Positions 1 to 7,789 of a stretch of DNA of 64,000 nt are shown one piece after another. The DNA comes from a virus. Lineage: Duplodnaviria; Caudoviricetes. The notes beneath the pieces were generated by a model. That model did not search any database and had not been told where the DNA came from. It was given only the letters and a program-made list of their open reading frames with translations. Each line of letters begins with the position of its first letter. Position 1 is the stretch's first letter. The DNA lies in IMG/VR virus record IMGVR_UViG_3300034093_003299, positions 1 to 64,000 of that record. One strand, written 5' to 3'. Both the position numbers and the translations under genes were made by a program.

Positions 1-468
1 GGAACATCTGGGTCAGGTGGTTCTTCAGGAACGTCGGGGTCTTCTGGGACTTCAGGGTCTGGTGGATCATCTGGAACCAGCGGAACATCTGGGTCAGGTG
101 GTTCTTCAGGAACGTCGGGGTCTTCTGGGACTTCAGGGTCTGGTGGATCATCTGGAACCAGCGGAACATCTGGATCAGGCGGATCGTCTGGAACCAGCGG
201 AACATCTGGGTCAGGTGGTTCTTCAGGAACATCGGGGTCTTCTGGGACTTCAGGGTCTGGTGGATCATCTGGAACCAGCGGAACATCTGGATCAGGCGGA
301 TCATCTGGAACCAGCGGAACATCTGGGTCAGGTGGTTCTTCAGGAACGTCGGGGTCTTCTGGGACTTCAGGGTCTGGTGGATCATCTGGAACCAGCGGAA
401 CATCTGGGTCAGGCGGATCGTCTGGAACCAGCGGAACATCTGGGACGTCTGGGTCGTCAGGAACAAGC
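1..468 (+). repeat. Coding tandem repeat encoding (G-T-S/G-S-S/G-S-G-G-S-S)n, with a 117-bp higher-order unit
   Basis: An 81-bp unit at 1-81, then near-identical 117-bp units (81+36) at 82-198, 199-315 and 316-432; GC-richer than the rest of the window. Confidence 0.95.
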
Positions 469-3400
469 GTAAGTGTTTCTGGTACTACCAATTATTTAGT
501 TAAGTTTAATTCATCTTCTACTATAACTAATAGTAGTGTTTTTGATAATGGTACAAATATTGGTATAGGGACAACAAGTCCAAGTGCAAAAATAGAATTG
601 TATGATGGTAATTTTAAAATATCAGATGGTAATAGAATTATTTTTGGCGTATCTGATCCGCAAATTTATGGAAACTCAGGGGTGCTTACATTCAGAACGA
701 ATGGCACTGATAGAATGTATCTTAATGCCGATGGTAATTTAGGTATAGGTGTAGCAAGTCCTGCTGATTTGTTGCATATTTATGCTTCCGCAGGTACAGC
801 CGCTATCAGATTGGCAGGAGCAGGAGTTGGCACAAACACTTATAGAATTACTGGTCAATTAATAGGAGTAAGCAATACAGGTTTTGGAATATATGATACT
901 ACAAATAGTACATATAGATTAGTTATTGATGGTAATGGCAATGTTGGTATAGGTACAACAACTCCTGTTGATTTGCTGACAGTGCAGGGAAATATAAATA
1001 TTAACTATAACTCAGCGGATGCAAATTATGTCAGAAGAACATTCGCAACAAATCACGCAGTAGGAAATAGAGGAGCTAATTTGTGGTTTGGAATGGTAGA
1101 CGGTGGAGGCATGACGGGAATGCAAATTGTTAACGGTGCTTCAAGTAGTTCTGGATATAATTCACAATTTATTACATTTGTTACTCATGAAGGTGGTATT
1201 TCTGTTGATGAAAGAATGAGAATTACCTCTGTCGGCAATGTAGGCATAGGCACAACTAGTCCTAGTGTTAAGTTACATGTTGATGGTTTTTTCATAAGTA
1301 AAACTTTATGGAGTGATACCGCAGCTCATTCTTACTGGGGAAATTATTCAACGGCATATGGACGTTTGACTTGGGACACTGGTTTAGCATGGATAAATGC
1401 TACAGCAGGAAATGTATTATACTTAGGCGCTGATGGTGCAAATAAACACGTAACAATAGCAACATCAGGTAATGTTGGTATAGGTACAAGTAGTCCGAAT
1501 GCTAAATTAGATGTAAATGGTTCAATATATTTAATTGGTAATATTAGAAACGCTTGGGGTGATAATTTATTTAATGTAGCACAATATCCTTATAATACCT
1601 CAACGAGTCCTGGTTACTACATGGGTTTTCAAACTGACGCCAATAATAGAATATTTTATATCAGCAATAAAAATGAAGATGGATCTGCAACTGATCCAAA
1701 TGGTGGTATAATATTCAGAACAGGTGGAACACCAACCAATAGAATGTTGATATCCTATACTGGTAATGTTGGTATAGGTACTACAAGTCCTGCTCAAAAA
1801 TTATCTGTAACTGACACTTTATCAATAACAAATAGCGCTGGAACTCAATATTTATTGATGGGTAATCAAGACTCTACAGGAGTTAATAATCCAGCGATAA
1901 TTCAGGCGTCAAACGGAAGTTTATCTTTTGGAGGTGGTACTTCTTGGTCTGGTTCTGGTGGTACTTTTACATCTACAGTGTTTTTAAGTGATGCTGGAAA
2001 TGTTGGTATAGGTACAACTAGTCCTGCTTATAAATTGGATGTAACCGGAGAAATAAGACAAACAGGCAATAATTTTTGGTTTTCTAGTGCAAGAATAGGT
2101 GGTGATGGATCTGGTAATATTGATATTAATTATAATAATGGATCTTCGCCGTCATTTACTTGGTATAATGGAGGAACGTCAGCTTTAGCACGTATAACCA
2201 GTACTGGTAACATGGGTATAGGTACAACAAGTCCTGCGTCACCATTATCAGTTCAATCAAATGCAAAACAATTAAGACTCCAAACTACATCTGGCCCCAC
2301 ATCTTACTTTACAGACATTGGTTCTCGATATGATTCTACTCATCCATTTACAATTGAAGTATCAAATGGCGCTGCAACTGCTACAGAATATTTTGGAATT
2401 TACGCTGATGCCGGTGGAGCTAATAATAGAATTGCTCTTTTAAATGGAAATGTTGGAATAAACACGACAACGACGACAAATGGACAGCTTGTAATTTACA
2501 ATTCATCAGGAAATACATTATCGCTACAAAAAGCAGGCGGCGGTCCTGCTTTAATAATGGGTTCTGACACAACTAATTATGCCTTGATTGAAGCGATAGC
2601 AAGTGGTGGTGTAAGATTTTATACAGGGAATGGCACGCTAACAGAAAAAATGCGTATTGCTGCTGACGGTAATGTTGGTATAGGTACATCAAGTCCAACC
2701 GCTAAACTAGAAATCGCAGGGTTTTCTACAGGAGCAGGATTAAAATTAAATTACGGTAATTCTTCAGGTACAATTGAAGCTGTAAACTTTATAGCTAACG
2801 GAGCCGCTAATGGTGTGATTGGTATGCAAATGGTAAGCGCTGGAGTGGGAGATTTATGGTTAGGGGGTTCAGGAGGAAGAACATTAACCTTATATAGAGA
2901 CGGCAATGTTGGTATAGGTATAACAAGTCCTACTGTTAAATTGACTGTATCAGCAGATGTTACAGATGCAGACGTTGGACAGTTAAGACTTGTCGGATCA
3001 ACTTCATCTGCTAAAATGTTAAGTCTTGGATATCAAACAACCAGCAATTATGGTTTTATATCCGCCTTAATAGCTGGAACAGGATATTCTAATTTAGCAC
3101 TCCAACCTAATGGTGGTAATGTTGGTATAGGTACAACAAGTGCAAATAACAAATTAGACGTAGTATCAGCTACAGCAAATAATGGGTCTCCATTCGCTGG
3201 TTGCTTTTTCTCAGGTGATGATAGTTCCGCTATGTGGAGGTGTGCGATTAATTTACAACACAATGCTAATACTACTATTGCAGTAGAAAGTAGCATAGGT
3301 TTATCTTTTGCTCCATTATCTTCAACAAGCTCAAGCTTTTATGGTTCTGCTGCTATTAAAGCTGTACGCCCAAATACTACAGCCAATAATCAAGACACTG

Positions 3401-4149
3401 ATTTGGCGTTTTGGACAAGAACAGGAGCATCAAATAATACAGTTGATACTGAAAAAGTAAGAATAACAGGTAATGGTAGTGTTTTAATAGGGGTAAATGG
3501 TGCGTATAATTCTTCAAGATTGCTTCAAGTAAAAGATGGTTTATTGATTGGAAATAGTTTTTATACTTTTGCTAGCATAGATACTAGTGGTACAGCAGAT
3601 TTAATATTATCATCTAATGCAAATCCAGCAAATCTAGGATCTAATAGCAATATTATATTTAAACTTGGTACGTCAGCAGGTGCTGGTCCAGAGGAAAGAA
3701 TGAGAATTGTTAGTAACGGTAATGTAGGTATAGGTACAACAAGTCCGACACAAAAGTTAGAAGTAAATGGCACAATTAAAGCAACATCTTTTGTGGGAAC
3801 ACTTTCTAGAACAAGCACAACTCAAACTATTACAGGAAATAGTGCTTTGACTATAGACGTTTCTGCTGCATATATACATATCATAACTGTTGAAGCTTCA
3901 GGAGGCGTCTTTGGCATATCTAGCGTAACATACAATAATAGAAAAGCTGGCCCGGAAGTCGATGAAATTATATTAATTTTTAAATGGCCAGCTAGTGGTA
4001 GTGGATCCATCACTATTTCGAATACGATTGGAGATATACCTTTTAATTATGGCAAAGCTACAGTAAGTCGCCTAACATCTTACAAAGGAACAACCGGCTT
4101 ATGGATTGCCGAAACAGTGGCATCAAATATAGACTACACAAATTTATAA
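1..4149 (+). CDS. Long tail fibre/adhesin-like virion protein, 5'-partial: Ser/Gly/Thr repeat stalk followed by about 13 GNVGIGTTSP-type modules
   Basis: Frame 1 is open from base 1 (GTSGSGGSS...) through 597 into the tracked 598..4149 ORF, so the real start lies upstream of the window. N(V/L/M/I)G(I)G/N motifs start at 556, 736, 940, 1237, 1471, 1765, 1999, 2209, 2449, 2671, 2905, 3118 and 3721. Confidence 0.8.
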   Translation, partial: GTSGSGGSSGTSGSSGTSGSGGSSGTSGTSGSGGSSGTSGSSGTSGSGGSSGTSGTSGSGGSSGTSGTSGSGGSSGTSGSSGTSGSGGSSGTSGTSGSGGSSGTSGTSGSGGSSGTSGSSGTSGSGGSSGTSGTSGSGGSSGTSGTSGTSGSSGTSVSVSGTTNYLVKFNSSSTITNSSVFDNGTNIGIGTTSPSAKIELYDGNFKISDGNRIIFGVSDPQIYGNSGVLTFRTNGTDRMYLNADGNLGIGVASPADLLHIYASAGTAAIRLAGAGVGTNTYRITGQLIGVSNTGFGIYDTTNSTYRLVIDGNGNVGIGTTTPVDLLTVQGNININYNSADANYVRRTFATNHAVGNRGANLWFGMVDGGGMTGMQIVNGASSSSGYNSQFITFVTHEGGISVDERMRITSVGNVGIGTTSPSVKLHVDGFFISKTLWSDTAAHSYWGNYSTAYGRLTWDTGLAWINATAGNVLYLGADGANKHVTIATSGNVGIGTSSPNAKLDVNGSIYLIGNIRNAWGDNLFNVAQYPYNTSTSPGYYMGFQTDANNRIFYISNKNEDGSATDPNGGIIFRTGGTPTNRMLISYTGNVGIGTTSPAQKLSVTDTLSITNSAGTQYLLMGNQDSTGVNNPAIIQASNGSLSFGGGTSWSGSGGTFTSTVFLSDAGNVGIGTTSPAYKLDVTGEIRQTGNNFWFSSARIGGDGSGNIDINYNNGSSPSFTWYNGGTSALARITSTGNMGIGTTSPASPLSVQSNAKQLRLQTTSGPTSYFTDIGSRYDSTHPFTIEVSNGAATATEYFGIYADAGGANNRIALLNGNVGINTTTTTNGQLVIYNSSGNTLSLQKAGGGPALIMGSDTTNYALIEAIASGGVRFYTGNGTLTEKMRIAADGNVGIGTSSPTAKLEIAGFSTGAGLKLNYGNSSGTIEAVNFIANGAANGVIGMQMVSAGVGDLWLGGSGGRTLTLYRDGNVGIGITSPTVKLTVSADVTDADVGQLRLVGSTSSAKMLSLGYQTTSNYGFISALIAGTGYSNLALQPNGGNVGIGTTSANNKLDVVSATANNGSPFAGCFFSGDDSSAMWRCAINLQHNANTTIAVESSIGLSFAPLSSTSSSFYGSAAIKAVRPNTTANNQDTDLAFWTRTGASNNTVDTEKVRITGNGSVLIGVNGAYNSSRLLQVKDGLLIGNSFYTFASIDTSGTADLILSSNANPANLGSNSNIIFKLGTSAGAGPEERMRIVSNGNVGIGTTSPTQKLEVNGTIKATSFVGTLSRTSTTQTITGNSALTIDVSAAYIHIITVEASGGVFGISSVTYNNRKAGPEVDEIILIFKWPASGSGSITISNTIGDIPFNYGKATVSRLTSYKGTTGLWIAETVASNIDYTNL

Positions 4150-4153
4150 TATT

Positions 4154-4181
4154 TAGATTTTTTTAAAAAAACTAGTATAAT
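4154..4181 (+). promoter_or_regulatory. sigma70-like promoter TAGATT-N16-TATAAT
   Basis: Perfect -10 TATAAT at 4176-4181, weak -35, 18 nt before ATG 4200. Confidence 0.5.
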
Positions 4182-4199
4182 CTTTTAAGATTAATCATT

Positions 4200-4400
4200 A
4201 TGGAAAATCAAACTAACCAAACACCGTCACCCGAATCACTCCAACAAGCTCAGCAGCCCCCGCTGACTCCAGAAGCAGCATTGCAGAATCTTGTATTTGC
4301 TGCTCGCCAAGCTCGACTTACGTATCAGGAGCATGGGGTTATTGATAATTGTATTCAGGTATTAGCAAAGCTTCTACCTCCTCAAGATAGACTCCAGTAA
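4200..4400 (+). CDS. Small hypothetical protein (66 aa) directly after the tail fibre; possible fibre assembly helper
   Basis: ATG ORF with its own promoter and terminator; the function is inferred from position only. Confidence 0.65.
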   Translation: MENQTNQTPSPESLQQAQQPPLTPEAALQNLVFAARQARLTYQEHGVIDNCIQVLAKLLPPQDRLQ

Positions 4401-4421
4401 CAAAAAAAAAGACTACTCTAC

Positions 4422-4453
4422 CCCACGCTTCGCGGCGTGGGTTTTTTGTTTTT
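4422..4453 (+). terminator. Rho-independent terminator
   Basis: CCCACGC-ttcgcg-GCGTGGG stem followed by TTTTTTGTTTTT. Confidence 0.85.
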
Positions 4454-4470
4454 AGATATTGAATTTATAG

Positions 4471-4477
4471 GTGTAAT
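4471..4477 (+). promoter_or_regulatory. GTGTAAT motif, candidate late promoter
   Basis: Lies between a terminator and ATG 4486 (8 nt gap); the same heptamer precedes the starts at 7297 and 59551 on the minus strand. Confidence 0.4.
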
Positions 4478-4485
4478 TAATAAAT

Positions 4486-5010
4486 ATGAAGGTCGTTGAT
4501 ATAGCTCAAGAGATTTATTTTGATTTAAATAGCCCAACGGATTTAAGTATTGCCGCTATTGCTTTTTGGGTTAGAGCTAATGTCGGGGCTTTGAATAGTC
4601 TTCTTTTCTCTAGTTTTGTGGTTAATGAAACTACTTATGAGATAGTAGATTCTGCTGATGACGTTACAGAAATAGATATCAATGCTGTGGCAATCTTAAA
4701 AAAGATGTATATTGTGCATAGATATGCTGTAATTATTAGATCTAAACTAACTGCTATAGACTCTGATGACGTTGTAGAGGTAACTCATAACGACACAAAG
4801 GTCAGAAAGCTGGATAAAAATCAAATCATAAAAACAGTAAGCGCCGAAAAGAAACAAGAGGAAGAAGCTCTCAAGTTGCTAGTCAGCGCATACAGAGGAA
4901 TGAAGTTTGTGCCCGGCCAAGTTGTCGGAGACGATATCGTCGCTGGGGCTTTCCCAGACAATTATCCTTACATCAGATCAGGAAGAACTTACGGCTACAC
5001 CGCTTATTGA
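4486..5010 (+). CDS. Hypothetical protein, possibly a head-tail adaptor/neck protein (174 aa)
   Basis: Clean ATG ORF with helical character, preceded by the candidate late motif; the function is a guess. Confidence 0.55.
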   Translation: MKVVDIAQEIYFDLNSPTDLSIAAIAFWVRANVGALNSLLFSSFVVNETTYEIVDSADDVTEIDINAVAILKKMYIVHRYAVIIRSKLTAIDSDDVVEVTHNDTKVRKLDKNQIIKTVSAEKKQEEEALKLLVSAYRGMKFVPGQVVGDDIVAGAFPDNYPYIRSGRTYGYTAY

Positions 5011-5204
5011 TTGTTTTCGTTTTCTTGAATAATTTTAGAGATTTGGTTTATCTCAAATTTAATTTTTTGCTTTAAAGACTTAAGCTCTGTAAGGGCGTCT
5101 AGTTTTTGTTTTTTTGTAGAGCTTCTGTCTAATTTTTTCAATAGCCTCTCAGCTTCCTTCTCGTAGAATCGAGAAGTCTTCATAATCATGTCGAAATCGT
5201 TCAT
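5004..5204 (-). CDS. Small coiled-coil hypothetical protein (66 aa)
   Basis: ATG ORF rich in K/E/L with a heptad-like pattern. Confidence 0.6.
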   Translation of the reverse strand: MNDFDMIMKTSRFYEKEAERLLKKLDRSSTKKQKLDALTELKSLKQKIKFEINQISKIIQENENNQ

Positions 5205-5206
5205 AT

Positions 5207-5233
5207 AAAAAAAGGGGAGGCTTTCGCCTCCCC
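5207..5233 (-). terminator. Rho-independent terminator
   Basis: GGGGAGGC-tttc-GCCTCCCC stem (5214-5233) with an A7 tract at 5207-5213, which reads as a U-tract on the minus strand. Confidence 0.85.
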
Positions 5234-5248
5234 CGATCCAGTTCGTCT

Positions 5249-5437
5249 TTATCGGCTGCGACGAACCGCTCGCTTCGTAAGACTTTTAGCGTCTGATGCG
5301 GTTGCGAAACCAAACTCACTATTAGCCATTCGCTTCATGTCTGTTCGGTGCTGGTTGATCTTCACTGTCTTCTGCACATCGGTAACAATAAAGTTCCCTG
5401 TAGACGATTCTATGACTGTAATTGTGTACTTGTTCAT
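5249..5437 (-). CDS. Small basic hypothetical protein (62 aa), own promoter and terminator
   Basis: ATG ORF flanked by a TTGACT promoter and a strong hairpin; Arg-rich C-terminus. Confidence 0.7.
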   Translation of the reverse strand: MNKYTITVIESSTGNFIVTDVQKTVKINQHRTDMKRMANSEFGFATASDAKSLTKRAVRRSR

Positions 5438-5446
5438 AACACTTAT

Positions 5447-5474
5447 ATTATCAGAGTCGAATCAAAGAAGTCAA
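5447..5474 (-). promoter_or_regulatory. Promoter TTGACT-N16-GATAAT, 9 nt before ATG 5437
   Basis: Read directly on the minus strand; fits the recurring N16 architecture. Confidence 0.6.
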
Positions 5475-6160
5475 ATTATTTTCTTTAGTTTTTCTAGGTT
5501 TTTTTGGAGCCTCTGAGCTTTGCTGGGCTTTTTTGTTTCGCCGATTGATTCAACGATAAGGCGAAATAACTCAACTACAGAAGTTTTAGAAAAATGGCTA
5601 TCCTCAGGAGGCGTAGGCGAAGTGTCTTGCCACTCAATAATGAAGTCTGCCAGATTTTCTAGTCTTGGTGTGTGATAGGCTTCTTCGCTATTTACTGGTG
5701 TAGAATAAAATTTCTTGTGAGTAAAATGTTCTTCTATTTGATATTTCTTGACATGAATTAGAATTCCTTTATTCTTTTTAATCCAAGCCGCCTCGTCTTT
5801 TTCGTATTCAGCGTGTCGAATATCTGGGACGCAAATTATTCTTGTTAATTCGGTTTTCGGCAGAGCTTTAATTCTTTTATTAAGCTTATTCACCCAATGG
5901 GTTCCTTTAGACTCTTCGCGCTTAACCTTTGCGTAAAAAACTAAAAAGTCTCTAATTGCAGACTTCTCTTTTCTTGAGCATGTTAATGGGTTAATGTTGT
6001 ACATAGACAACAAAGCTTCTCGGCACTCTTCTTTTAGATCGTCTGCTAAGGCCATGCGTTGAAATTCAAACCCGTTGTTTTCAAACAAAGTCCTTAACAA
6101 ATTGCACAAAGAGTCTTTGCCGTCTCCGGCTAGTCCTGATATTCCTATAATTTTATTCAT
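5471..6160 (-). CDS. Deoxynucleoside monophosphate kinase (T4 gp1-like P-loop kinase)
   Basis: N-terminal IIGISGLAGDGKD P-loop and later ICVPDIRH..E motif; start revised to ATG 6160, which gives an ATGA overlap with the HNH stop. Confidence 0.7.
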   Translation of the reverse strand: MNKIIGISGLAGDGKDSLCNLLRTLFENNGFEFQRMALADDLKEECREALLSMYNINPLTCSRKEKSAIRDFLVFYAKVKREESKGTHWVNKLNKRIKALPKTELTRIICVPDIRHAEYEKDEAAWIKKNKGILIHVKKYQIEEHFTHKKFYSTPVNSEEAYHTPRLENLADFIIEWQDTSPTPPEDSHFSKTSVVELFRLIVESIGETKKPSKAQRLQKNLEKLKKII

Positions 6161-6768
6161 TTTAAAAATACGCTCCAATCAATATGGTTTTTAAATTCAA
6201 TCGAATCACTTGCTAACCTAGGCGACATGGGCTTTGGTTTTCTAATAAGCTTTAGACCAGCTTCTTCTGGGGTTTTATTCGCTTTTTTAGAATTAATATC
6301 TTTATGGCACAGGACCATATTCTCCCAAGTGTTAAGACCGCCTCTTGACTTAGGAATTAAGTGGTCTGTATTCGCTTCTTCTTTTTTCAATTTGCGCCCC
6401 GTGAACTGGCAAATCCCTTGGTCTCTAATCCAAATATTATTTTTAGTTGGGCGAAATGTTTTAACAGGTATTTCAGAATACTTAGAAGAAGCAATAATTG
6501 TGGGCACTCTTATAGACATCTTACTTGTTCTAATTTCTAAATCACATTCTCTTACTGGAAGCTCAATCCACTCGCTCCATTTAACAGCTTGAATATCTTC
6601 TACCTCAGAGAAATTTGAAGAGCCGTCTCCATTTTTCTTGTATACAATATTTAAAGCGACACAATTGGGATGCACCAATTCGCTGAAAGCGTCTCTTACA
6701 GATTTCACCCCGATTGGTTGCCACCTTTTGTTGAGGCACAAGCAAATAATTTTATCTTCTACGCCCAT
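6157..6768 (-). CDS. HNH endonuclease (McrA/HNH_5-like)
   Basis: IRDQGICQFTG...TDHLIPKSRGG..TWENMVLCHKDINSKKANKTPEEAGL; N-terminal CLNKRWQPI. Start revised to ATG 6768, downstream of a promoter. Confidence 0.85.
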   Translation of the reverse strand: MGVEDKIICLCLNKRWQPIGVKSVRDAFSELVHPNCVALNIVYKKNGDGSSNFSEVEDIQAVKWSEWIELPVRECDLEIRTSKMSIRVPTIIASSKYSEIPVKTFRPTKNNIWIRDQGICQFTGRKLKKEEANTDHLIPKSRGGLNTWENMVLCHKDINSKKANKTPEEAGLKLIRKPKPMSPRLASDSIEFKNHIDWSVFLK

Positions 6769-6778
6769 CTCTTTAGAA

Positions 6779-6806
6779 AGTATAAGAGATTTTTTAATTA
6801 AGTCAA
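6779..6806 (-). promoter_or_regulatory. Promoter TTGACT-N16-TATACT, 10 nt before ATG 6768
   Basis: Near-consensus -35 and -10 read on the minus strand. Confidence 0.7.
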
Positions 6807-6849
6807 GATTTTTCTGGAATTTTGAAAGGTTAATTTTAAGATACATCTG

Positions 6850-7059
6850 ATGAACAGAACATCTAAGACAAGCACATCAACTAAAACATCCTCTAAGCCG
6901 ACCCCGAAGAAGGCGGTTAAGAAGGTCGCAACGGTAACGAAGCCGATCAAGAAGGCCGCAAAGAAGACTGCTCCAGTGCCAACTCCAGCGCCAACGCCAA
7001 AGACTGGCGGCGGTAAGGCCGCACCGGGAAGATCTGGTTCCTCGAAGAAGGGGAAGTGA
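6850..7059 (+). CDS. Lys/Ala/Thr/Pro-rich basic low-complexity protein (histone H1-tail-like), 69 aa
   Basis: KKAVKKVATVTKPIKKAAKKTAPVPTPAPTPK; no Asp or Glu residues; followed by a terminator. Confidence 0.65.
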   Translation: MNRTSKTSTSTKTSSKPTPKKAVKKVATVTKPIKKAAKKTAPVPTPAPTPKTGGGKAAPGRSGSSKKGK

Positions 7060-7066
7060 ACAACAC

Positions 7067-7093
7067 GGCGCGATTAAAAACCGCGCCTTTTTT
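7067..7093 (+). terminator. Rho-independent terminator
   Basis: GGCGCG-N9-CGCGCC followed by TTTTTT. Confidence 0.75.
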
Positions 7094-7096
7094 ATT

Positions 7097-7297
7097 TCAA
7101 TAAATTATAAAGTCTTCATCAGAGCAATCTTCCCAGTCAATAGATTCAGAAGCTTTAGAGTTCTTCTTCAATTGATTGTAGCACACGGCAAGCCTTTGCT
7201 TGGGGTTTGGGAACTCTTTGATCATAGAAGAATCTCCAGCGCATCTACTTACGAATTCTTTTTCTTTTTCTGCTTTTTTAGGATTGACTAGTGGCAT
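7097..7297 (-). CDS. Small phage protein with an F..RC..D...FP..KQR.AVC motif
   Basis: ATG ORF; the motif resembles small domains I recall from phage head-morphogenesis regions; preceded by GTGTAAT. Confidence 0.65.
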   Translation of the reverse strand: MPLVNPKKAEKEKEFVSRCAGDSSMIKEFPNPKQRLAVCYNQLKKNSKASESIDWEDCSDEDFIIY

Positions 7298-7306
7298 ATA
7301 AGATGA

Positions 7307-7313
7307 ATTACAC
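7307..7313 (-). promoter_or_regulatory. GTGTAAT motif, candidate late promoter
   Basis: Begins immediately after the stop at 7314 and lies 9 nt before ATG 7297. Confidence 0.4.
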
Positions 7314-7493
7314 TCAATTCAAAGACCTAACATCAAAAATATCAACAGCAATTAAAGCATTGCCATTAGATATCAAAAATGTATGCTCGTCTTTTACAGA
7401 TATAACTTCACCAGCCCATTCTCCATCTGGGTCTAGAACCTTAACGGTTTTTCCTACAAGTCTTGAGTTGATGTCAAGTTTTGTTTCTTTCAT
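7314..7493 (-). CDS. 59-aa SH3/Sm-like beta-barrel protein, absent from the ORF track
   Basis: Hand translation: MKETKLDINSRLVGKTVKVLDPDGEWAGEVISVKDEHTFLISNGNALIAVDIFDVRSLN*; ATGA overlap with the stop at 7490; fills the gap exactly. Confidence 0.75.
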   Translation of the reverse strand: MKETKLDINSRLVGKTVKVLDPDGEWAGEVISVKDEHTFLISNGNALIAVDIFDVRSLN

Positions 7494-7789
7494 TTTATTT
7501 TTATTTTTTTATCAGATGTGGGAAATGAAATATAAATATCAGAATAAGTAGAATTTGGATCGAGTATTCGTCCCAAAATATCTAAAGAATCTTTAGAGAA
7601 CTCATGAGATATTTCTAAATATTTTTTTTCAAAATTTTCTGTGCTTGGTTTATTTGAGCAATCGCAATTAGAAAACCCACTCAAGCAAAAAGACAAAGCC
7701 TCTACAAGCTGTTTAGATTTTGCGACCTCGGTGGGGTTAAATGAAATTGCCCTGCAAAATTCAATAAAGCCTTTAATTTCTAGTTCCAT
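7490..7789 (-). CDS. Hypothetical protein (99 aa, C-x-C motif)
   Basis: ATG ORF overlapping both neighbours in the same operon. Confidence 0.65.
   Translation of the reverse strand: MELEIKGFIEFCRAISFNPTEVAKSKQLVEALSFCLSGFSNCDCSNKPSTENFEKKYLEISHEFSKDSLDILGRILDPNSTYSDIYISFPTSDKKIKIK

Noticed and set aside
1-468. CRISPR array
   Set aside because: The units abut with no unique spacers, have lengths that are multiples of 3 and lie inside a reading frame.
17-472. 151-aa ORF in frame 2 (VLQERRGLLGLQ repeats)
   Set aside because: Off-frame shadow of the Gly-Ser-Thr repeat; frame 1 is open and continuous with the fibre gene.
1-4149. Diversity-generating retroelement targeting the fibre
   Set aside because: No reverse transcriptase in the window and no template/variable repeat pair differing at adenines was noticed; an RT elsewhere in the genome cannot be excluded.
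7291-7551. 86-aa plus-strand ORF
   Set aside because: Antisense shadow of the coupled minus-strand genes 7314..7493 and 7490..7789.
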